A stretch of DNA of 13,599 bases, from positions 1-13,599 of the forward strand of contig JBHIBG010000071.1 in assembly GCA_046758965.1 (NCBI GenBank), written 5' to 3'. Below are positions 7,999 through 13,599 of this stretch, one piece after another (position 1 is the stretch's first letter; each line of letters starts with the position of its first letter). Made by a program: the position numbers and the translations under genes. Below the pieces are notes generated by a model. The model saw only the letters and a list, made by a program, of their open reading frames with translations, ran no database searches and was not told the origin of the DNA. The stretch is from Candidatus Methylomirabilia bacterium (GTDB taxonomy: Bacteria; Methylomirabilota; Methylomirabilia; Rokubacteriales; CSP1-6).

Positions 7999-8721
7999 AT
8001 GATAAGGGCCCACAGGCCGTATTGGTTCGCAGGTACGCTCGGGATCCTGCTCGCGCTCTCTGGTGTGGGGGGGCCCGAGGCGGGAGAGATCGCGGGCACG
8101 GTGAGGCTTTCGGGGAAGGCGCCGCCGCCGAAAATCCTCCACCTGACAACGGACTACGCGATTTGCGGGCACGAGACCCGGCCCTCTGAGGCGCTCCTCC
8201 TCTCGCCGTCTGGGGGTGTGAAGAACGCCGTTGTCTTCATCGCCCATGAACGGATGGAAGCGTGGCGTTCTCCCACTACCTTTCAGTTGGACCAGCGGCG
8301 GTGCACCTTTACCCCACGCGTCCTGATCGTCCCTCCCGGGTCGACAGTGGAGATCCTCAACAGCGACGGGATCCTCCACAACTTCCACACCCTGAGTCGG
8401 CTGAACCCGCCGGTGAACCTGGCCCAACCTGGGATGGCGGACCCCGTGCGGGTTACCTTCGAGCACCCTGAGATCGTGCAAGTCAAGTGTGACATCCACG
8501 GCGAGGGGTTGATGCGGGCCTGGATCGTGGTGGCCAGCCACCCGTACTACGCGCTCACCGACGGGGAGGGACACTTCCGCATCCCGAACGTTCCCGTGGG
8601 CCCTCATGCCCTCGAGGTGTGGCATGAGCTTCTTGGACAGAAGAGTCTGCCGGTCACGGTCGGGGCTTCCGGCGAGGTAGATGTGACTTTGACGTTCACG
8701 ACTGCCGCATGGAAGCGATAG
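7999..8721 (+). CDS. Exported cupredoxin-like protein with carboxypeptidase-regulatory-like beta-sandwich
   Basis: Start ATG 7999 after GGAGG. LDQRRCTFTPRV, NSDGILHNFH, CDIHGEGLMRAWI, HPYYALTDGEGHFRIPNVP and VWHE motifs. Confidence 0.8.
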   Translation: MIRAHRPYWFAGTLGILLALSGVGGPEAGEIAGTVRLSGKAPPPKILHLTTDYAICGHETRPSEALLLSPSGGVKNAVVFIAHERMEAWRSPTTFQLDQRRCTFTPRVLIVPPGSTVEILNSDGILHNFHTLSRLNPPVNLAQPGMADPVRVTFEHPEIVQVKCDIHGEGLMRAWIVVASHPYYALTDGEGHFRIPNVPVGPHALEVWHELLGQKSLPVTVGASGEVDVTLTFTTAAWKR

Positions 8722-8904
8722 GGCGGGGGCTGCACGACCCGGGGGGTCGGGCCGAGGGCTCGGAGGAGGAGACGATGTTCGCCAGCGCTACTACGGCCAT
8801 CACCTGTGGGAGGCCGGGCTGGACCATCCAGTGGTACGTCGGGGCAGGCCTGGCGGCCCTACTGCCGAACCCGGAGTTGGGGGTGGGGCAGGACCTGTTG
8901 CTCC

Positions 8905-8922
8905 TGGGGCGCCGCCGCCCCA
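8905..8922. promoter_or_regulatory. 18-bp palindrome (putative enhancer site), perfect arms
   Basis: TGGGGCG-ccgc-CGCCCCA, 75 nt upstream of the box at 8998. Confidence 0.7.
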
Positions 8923-8997
8923 GCTGGACCCGGGGACTACACGCCTAACCCTCCCGTAACTCCTTTCTCTTCCTCGCCTTTCATCGTTCCGTTTCCG

Positions 8998-9013
8998 TGG
9001 CACAGGCGTTGCA
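8998..9013 (+). promoter_or_regulatory. Sigma-54 promoter upstream of the biotin ligase
   Basis: TGGCAC-aggcg-TTGCA, consensus match. Confidence 0.8.
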
Positions 9014-9124
9014 CAACTGCGTAGGTGGCGCCTTATCTTCGGGTTCATGGGGGGCGGGTGCCAGTGGTTACTGATAGGCGTGTGGAGAGGGCTGAGCGCC
9101 GATAGCGGAAAGGGAGAGACCGTC

Positions 9125-9946
9125 GTGATTGCCGGCATCGCATTCAAGACCAACGCGCTGAGCATCGACCGGATTCGTCGAGACCTCTCGACGAACAAGG
9201 TGGGGTGTCATCTCTACCTGTTCGAGGAGGTCCCCTCGACCAGCGAGGTTCTCAGGACACCGGCGAAAGCCGGGGCGCTTGAAGGAACCGTGGTGCTGGC
9301 CGAAAGCCAGACCGCCGGGCGTGGCCGTCTCGGGAAGGTGTGGTACTCCCCGCCCGAGATGAACCTGTACGCCTCGGTTCTCTTTCGCCCTTCCATCACG
9401 CCGCAGGAGGTGCCCGGCTTTTCGTTCCTGGCGGGAGTGGCGCTCGCCGACGCCGTGAAAGAGGAAGGCGTGGAGCCCGCCATCAAGTGGCCGAACGACA
9501 TCCTGGTCGGGCGGAGGAAAGTGGCAGGGACCCTGGTCGAGTGCGCCACAGTCAGCGACCGGGTCGAGTACGTGATCCTGGGGGTGGGAGTCAATCTGAA
9601 CGTCGGGCGCGAGGCACTTCTTCACGTCCTGGGTGAGGCGGGCAAGGCCGCGACGTCTCTCTCGGCGGTGACGGGACGAGAAATTAACCGAAACGCGTTT
9701 GCAGCTCGCTTCCTCACCCTGCTCGACGAGTGGTATGAGATCTATCTGGCGAGGGGAGCGCGAGTGCTCCTCGATGCCTGGCGGGATCGCGACATCGTCA
9801 CCGGTCGGCGGGTCGTGGTGCTGGGAGAGCGCGAACGCTACGAGGGCAAGGCTCTTGGGGTGGGCGCGAACGGCTATCTGATGGTGGAGGATCCTCGAGG
9901 TAGCGTGCGACAGGTTGTGACCGGCGAGGTCCGGCTCCTCGACTGA
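9125..9946 (+). CDS. birA: Biotin--[acetyl-CoA carboxylase] ligase without N-terminal HTH (start probably GTG 9125)
   Basis: AESQTAGRGRLGKVW, IKWPNDILV, KVAGTL and GVGVN motifs plus C-terminal SH3-like domain. Confidence 0.9.
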   Translation: MIAGIAFKTNALSIDRIRRDLSTNKVGCHLYLFEEVPSTSEVLRTPAKAGALEGTVVLAESQTAGRGRLGKVWYSPPEMNLYASVLFRPSITPQEVPGFSFLAGVALADAVKEEGVEPAIKWPNDILVGRRKVAGTLVECATVSDRVEYVILGVGVNLNVGREALLHVLGEAGKAATSLSAVTGREINRNAFAARFLTLLDEWYEIYLARGARVLLDAWRDRDIVTGRRVVVLGERERYEGKALGVGANGYLMVEDPRGSVRQVVTGEVRLLD

Positions 9947-10011
9947 CCGGCACCGGCCGTGCGCTTTGGCGGTGGAGGAGTTCCCCAACTTCAAGTCGGT
10001 GGGATGAGGGG

Positions 10012-10320
10012 ATGGCGGTCAGGAGGCGGGATGCCGAGAAGTACCTGGCCAAGGTGGCGGAGCCCCTGAGGGACAAAGGGGTGCGAACAGAGTGGGCTGT
10101 CAGGGTCGGGATGACCGTGGAGACGATTGCGGCCGTTGCCGGAGAAGAACGGGTGGACCTGATCGCCATGGCCACGCACGGCCGCACCGGGCTTGGGCGG
10201 CTTTTCCTCGGGAGTGTGGCCGATGGGGTGGTCAAGGCCGCGCCGATCCCGGTCCTGCTCTTCAAAGCTGGGGAGCGGGTCCCCGCCGAACGTGAGCGGG
10301 AAGGGGGGATACCTCGATGA
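10012..10320 (+). pseudogene. N-terminally truncated universal stress protein
   Basis: Has AEKYL...DLIAMATHGRTGLGRLFLGSVA but lacks the xLVPLDGS first strand; only about 65 nt separate it from the birA stop. Confidence 0.65.
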
Positions 10321-11543
10321 GCCGGTGGAAGCGACCTGCCGTCAGGGTGGCGCTGGGAGTAGTCCTGCTCCTCTTCGCAACGACTGTGCCTGCCTGGCCG
10401 CAGCAGCGACCCCCGCAACCGTTCGCTCCGGAGTGGGCCATGCTCGCCGGGTGGGACGTGTTCGCAAAAAAGGGATGCGGGAAATGTCACGCCCTCCGGG
10501 GAGTCGGGGGCGGGGTCGGCCCTGACCTTGGCCGGATCGAGACGGGCAAGAACTTCTTCGAGTTGGCAGCGGCCATGTGGAACCACCTGCCCCGCATGGG
10601 CGCGAAGATGCAAGAGGTGGGCATTAGGCGGCCCAAGCTCACGCCGAGAGAACTATCTAATCTGATCGCGTTCCTGTTCACCGCCCAGTACTTTGACGAG
10701 CTGGGCGATCCTGCGGTAGGAAAGCGGCTCTTTGCCCGCAAGGGGTGCCTTGGGTGCCACGAGGTTGGCGGCCTGGGCGGGCGGGTGGGCCCCGCCCTGG
10801 ACTTCCTGAAGCGTGCCAACTCGCCGGTCCTGGTCGCGGCGGCCATGTGGAACCACGGCCCGGAGATGGCCGGGGCGATGAAGGCCAGAGGGATCGCGCG
10901 TCCCACCTTTCAGGGGAAAGAGATGGTGGACCTCATTGCGTACCTCGTGGCAGCGGCGAAGCCGGTGGGCGGGGAGACCGTGCAGGCCATCCCAGGGACG
11001 CCCGAGCGCGGCCAGAAGCTCTTTGGTGAGAAGAGGTGCACCATCTGTCACTCGGTCGGAGGCAAGGGTGGCAAGGTCGGGCCCGATCTCGGTCTGGGGG
11101 GCCACCACGTAAGCCTCACCCGCTTTGTGGCCCTCATGTGGAACCACGGGCCCGCCATGTGGGCCAGGATGAAGGAGCGCGGCATCCAGGTCCCGCGGCT
11201 CACGGGGCAGGAGATGGCTGACATCGTCTCCTATCTCTACCTCTCGCACTACTTCGATCAGGAGGCCAGCTCGACGCGCGGGCTGCAACTCCTCCAGGGC
11301 AAAGGGTGCCTCATCTGCCACTCGGTCCGAGGAAGGGGCGGAAAGGTCGCGGCTGACTTCGCGGCCTCGAGGGTTGTCGGCTCGCCAGCCAGCCTGTTGG
11401 CCGGGATGTGGAACCACAGCCGCTACATGGAGTTCCGGGCTCAGAAATTGCAAGTCCCCTGGCCGCTACTCACTGGGCAGGAACTGGCTGACATCGCCGC
11501 GTACCTGGGCTCGCTCTCGAAGGCCGTCCCTCAGAAGAAGTAG
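10317..11543 (+). CDS. Exported tetraheme cytochrome c of four tandem MWNH-type domains
   Basis: Signal peptide; CGKCH, CLGCH, CTICH and CLICH, each followed by a GGxV(GP)xx segment and MWNHxxxM; ATGA overlap with the upstream ORF. Confidence 0.9.
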   Translation: MSRWKRPAVRVALGVVLLLFATTVPAWPQQRPPQPFAPEWAMLAGWDVFAKKGCGKCHALRGVGGGVGPDLGRIETGKNFFELAAAMWNHLPRMGAKMQEVGIRRPKLTPRELSNLIAFLFTAQYFDELGDPAVGKRLFARKGCLGCHEVGGLGGRVGPALDFLKRANSPVLVAAAMWNHGPEMAGAMKARGIARPTFQGKEMVDLIAYLVAAAKPVGGETVQAIPGTPERGQKLFGEKRCTICHSVGGKGGKVGPDLGLGGHHVSLTRFVALMWNHGPAMWARMKERGIQVPRLTGQEMADIVSYLYLSHYFDQEASSTRGLQLLQGKGCLICHSVRGRGGKVAADFAASRVVGSPASLLAGMWNHSRYMEFRAQKLQVPWPLLTGQELADIAAYLGSLSKAVPQKK

Positions 11544-11573
11544 ACGTCCAAGTTGCTGGTTGGTTCCGTCGGA

Positions 11574-11591
11574 TGGGGCGCTCACGCCCCA
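11574..11591. promoter_or_regulatory. 18-bp palindrome (putative enhancer site), perfect arms
   Basis: TGGGGCG-ctca-CGCCCCA, 84 nt upstream of the box at 11676. Confidence 0.7.
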
Positions 11592-11675
11592 TCTGGTGCG
11601 TGGGTGCCTCTCCCGAGAGCCGTTTCCCGCCACAGCAATCCCCACTTTTCCGGTGGGTTAGAGCCATGCGTGGCG

Positions 11676-11690
11676 TGGCATGACTGTTGC
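11676..11690 (+). promoter_or_regulatory. Sigma-54 promoter for the CYCXC gene
   Basis: TGGCAT-gactg-TTGC, about 50 nt before ATG 11740. Confidence 0.75.
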
Positions 11691-11739
11691 GTTCTTGCTT
11701 TGTTCAGGAATTCACTCCACTGGCCTTGGGAGGATTACC

Positions 11740-12207
11740 ATGGGCAAGCGCAGCGCACTTGCACTTTCAAAACGCAAGGCCGCTCGATACGGGTGGCTGG
11801 GCGTGCTGGCCGTGATCGTGGTAGTTGGCATCGTGCTCGGCTGGCGGATGCAAGCACCGCCGCCACGCGTGGCCGGAAACGATCCTGCGCTGTCGTCAGG
11901 CACGGTCGCGCCGGCTGTCGCGCGCCGTGAGACGCGGCCCACCCTCGACCCCGCGCTCTTCGTCGGCAAGGCGGCGCTCGTCCACCAGGTTGCACGAGAG
12001 ATCCCCGAGGTGCTCGACCAGCTCCACTGTTACTGCGCGTGCGACAAGTTCCTGGGCCACAAGAGCCTGCTCTCCTGTTACACCGATAGCCATGCAGCCA
12101 CGTGAAACATCTGCATGGATGAGGCGCTGGAGGCGTCTCGCATGGTGCAGGCGGGGTACCAGGTAGCTCGGATCCGCGCCGAGATTGACCGGAAGTACGG
12201 CAGATGA
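11740..12207 (+). CDS. Membrane-anchored PCYCGC/CYCXC-family protein with in-frame TGA (12103..12105) giving UxxC; probable selenoprotein, 155 aa
   Basis: GGAGG RBS and ATG 11740; TM helix; LDQLHCYCACDKFLGHKSLLSCYTDSHAAT-TGA-NICMDEALEASRMVQAGYQVARIRAEIDRKYGR. The tail after TGA matches the family end (CxxC...IRxxIDxKY). Confidence 0.85.
12121..12139 (+). promoter_or_regulatory. Candidate bacterial SECIS hairpin of the CYCXC gene
   Basis: GAGGCGC-UGGAG-GCGUCUC, 7-bp stem (one G-U) starting at +16 after the UGA; can be extended by CUGCA(12111)/UGCAG(12146). Confidence 0.6.
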
Positions 12208-12291
12208 TCGCGCATCTGAGCGGGGAGCGTTCAACGACCTCACTCCCACAACAGTAGAGCGCCCGGGCATTTCACTTCGACGCGGCCAACG

Positions 12292-12510
12292 ATGAAGGTG
12301 GACTGGCAGACCCATCCGAACAACATCGGCCACTTCTACTACTCCGGCTGCTTCCGCTGCCACGATGGTCAGCACCTGAGCCAGGAGGGGAAGGTTATCC
12401 GGAAGAGATGCGAGATCCGCCACACCGCCCTGGGACAGGAGGAAGCAGGGAACCGCGATGGTAGCAGTCAAGGGCGGCCTTTTCGCCGTCCCGTGGAGAG
12501 GGATGACCTC
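12292..12510 (+). pseudogene. C-terminal remnant of a NapC/NirT-type multiheme cytochrome c
   Basis: MKVDWQTHPNNIGHFYYSGCFRCHDGQH...CEIRH: one intact CxxCH and one with Cys replaced by Arg; no N-terminus or RBS. Family assignment is by motif recall. Confidence 0.6.
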
Positions 12511-12511
12511 G

Positions 12512-12727
12512 TGCGGGGAGCAAAAGACCCGGTTCGGGCCCGCGGCGAAGCTTCTTCCGTACGTCGAGTGCGACCCGAGGGGCGTGGGCGCCCGGCCCGA
12601 CCTCCGCGCGCGGATCGGCGTGCGGCGGTATCCAACATGGATCATTGCCGGCCAGCGCTACGAGGGCGTGCTCTCGCTCGGCCGACTCGCCGAAATTTCC
12701 GGGCTTGCCAGCCGGCGACCCCGATGA
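12512..12727 (+). pseudogene. Remnant of a thioredoxin-like domain of the VKOR-Trx fusion type
   Basis: CGEQKTRFG...LPYVECDP...GVRRYPTWIIAGQRYEGVLSLGRLAEISG; lacks the upstream YGAxWC half of the active site. Confidence 0.6.
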
Positions 12728-12791
12728 ACGGCCACCGCTGACCAGCCGCGGTCTGCCTGCTCGTCGATCCCGCCCCCGCCGGGTCTCCCGG

Positions 12792-12809
12792 TGGGGACCC
12801 CTCGCCCCA
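12792..12809. promoter_or_regulatory. 18-bp palindrome (putative enhancer site)
   Basis: TGGGGAC-ccct-CGCCCCA, 72 nt upstream of the box at 12882. Confidence 0.6.
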
Positions 12810-12881
12810 CCTGTCCCGGCTGTGCGACAGCCTCGCGCCTCAACAGGTCCTCCAACCAGTTGGATTTCCATCGCTTCCTGG

Positions 12882-12896
12882 TGGCACAGTGCTTGC
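12882..12896 (+). promoter_or_regulatory. Sigma-54 -24/-12 promoter
   Basis: TGGCAC-agtgc-TTGC, consensus match. Confidence 0.78.
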
Positions 12897-12969
12897 CTTT
12901 CTCGTGAGTAGAGGGGTGCTGGCTCGGGTGCCCGTGCTGGTTCCGGACGGCTCTGATCCCTGCGACGAC

Positions 12970-13107
12970 ATGCCGCTGGCTAGGCTCGGGTGAGTGGCGG
13001 GAGGGAGAGAGCGCTCCGAGGGGAAAGTCCGATGTCCGGGCTGCGGAAGCGAACGGGTTGAGCCAAAATCGACCCTCTTCGTGGCCAAGACCTCCAAGAA
13101 GAGTTGA
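12970..13107 (+). pseudogene. Degenerate FmdB-family zinc-ribbon gene
   Basis: MPLARLG-TGA-VAGGRERSEGKVRCPGCGSERVEPKSTLFVAKTSKKS*. The C-terminal half is typical of FmdB-type zinc ribbons; the first CxxC is missing. Confidence 0.5.
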
Positions 13108-13189
13108 CAGGAAGCCCTCTTCAGAGGCCAAATGGGCGGCAGCGCGAGGTTCGATGACACCGGGATCAAGCTGGAGCAGGTCCAGGACG

Positions 13190-13599
13190 ATGGTTGAGAC
13201 GCTGCGTGACTGGCTGTTCCCCGAGCAGGCTCGGCTGCTTCCGGGAGCGCGGATGTGGTCTATCGGTTTTCGCACCGTTCACCTGGCCGCCTTTGGCCTG
13301 CTGCTCGGTGGACACGCCTTTGCTGCGGACAGTCAAAAGCTCCTGCCGTACCTGTGGCTCACCATCCTGAGCGGTGCCGGCCTCATTGCCGTGGAGGTGT
13401 ACGCGGAGGGCCTCTACTGGGTCTTTCTGGGAAAGGGGATCATGGTCCTGGTCAAGCTCGGCCTCCTGCTCGCCATCCCCATCTTCTGGGAAGCTCGAGT
13501 GGGGCTTCTGTTGCTGGTGGTCGGGATCGCTTCGGTGGGCTCTCACATGCCAGCTCGCTACCGCCACTACTCCCTCCTCCATCGGCGGCTGATCGTGCC
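13190..13599 (+). CDS. Hypothetical integral membrane protein (about 4 TM), runs off the window end; absent from the ORF track
   Basis: Open frame MVETLRDWLFPEQ...FRTVHLAAFGLLLGGH...VLVKLGLLL...SVGSHMPARYRHYSLLHRRLIV with no stop; AGGA before the ATG. Confidence 0.8.
   Translation, partial: MVETLRDWLFPEQARLLPGARMWSIGFRTVHLAAFGLLLGGHAFAADSQKLLPYLWLTILSGAGLIAVEVYAEGLYWVFLGKGIMVLVKLGLLLAIPIFWEARVGLLLLVVGIASVGSHMPARYRHYSLLHRRLIV

Noticed and set aside
8775..8948. Small ORF with a strong RBS (GGAGGAGG); with a frameshift it reads GHHLWEAGWTIQWYVGA, faintly globin-sensor-like
   Set aside because: Needs frameshifts, lacks the proximal His, and runs through the 8905 palindrome; at most a relic.
11571..11594. 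Hairpin after the tetraheme gene as an intrinsic terminator
   Set aside because: No U-tract; better explained as a copy of the recurring palindrome.
12504..12514. TGA CCT CG TGC as a decayed UxxC of the Trx relic
   Set aside because: Out of frame by one base and also explained as codons of the upstream cytochrome relic.
1..13599. General UGA reassignment (Trp/Gly code)
   Set aside because: TGA ends genes at their natural C-termini (USP, CBS, birA, OsmC), and the internal TGAs fall at Cys positions.
1..13599. CRISPR arrays, tRNA/rRNA, IS elements or integrases
   Set aside because: None seen by eye; a covariance-model search was not possible.

Overview
High-GC bacterial window (gene content suggests a Rokubacteria/Methylomirabilota-like organism; inference only) with stress, metal and redox genes. 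It holds a Met-rich secreted protein, DUF302, OsmC-like protein, TreT-like glycosyltransferase, two USPs (one truncated), CBS protein, SAM methyltransferase, three multiheme c-type cytochromes (4+2+4 CxxCH), a P19/FtrA-like protein, a cupredoxin-like protein, biotin ligase, a PCYCGC/CYCXC-family protein, decayed gene fragments and a 3'-truncated membrane protein. The ORF track misses two things. (1) Two genes are split by an in-frame TGA at a conserved Cys position (OsmC-like 678..1094 minus; CYCXC 11740..12207 plus), each followed by a 7-bp-stem/5-nt-loop hairpin, so both are probable selenoproteins. (2) Six sigma-54 (-24/-12) promoters are each paired with an upstream copy of the 18-bp palindrome TGGGGCG-N4-CGCCCCA, a probable enhancer-binding-protein site that would place most of the window in one regulon.
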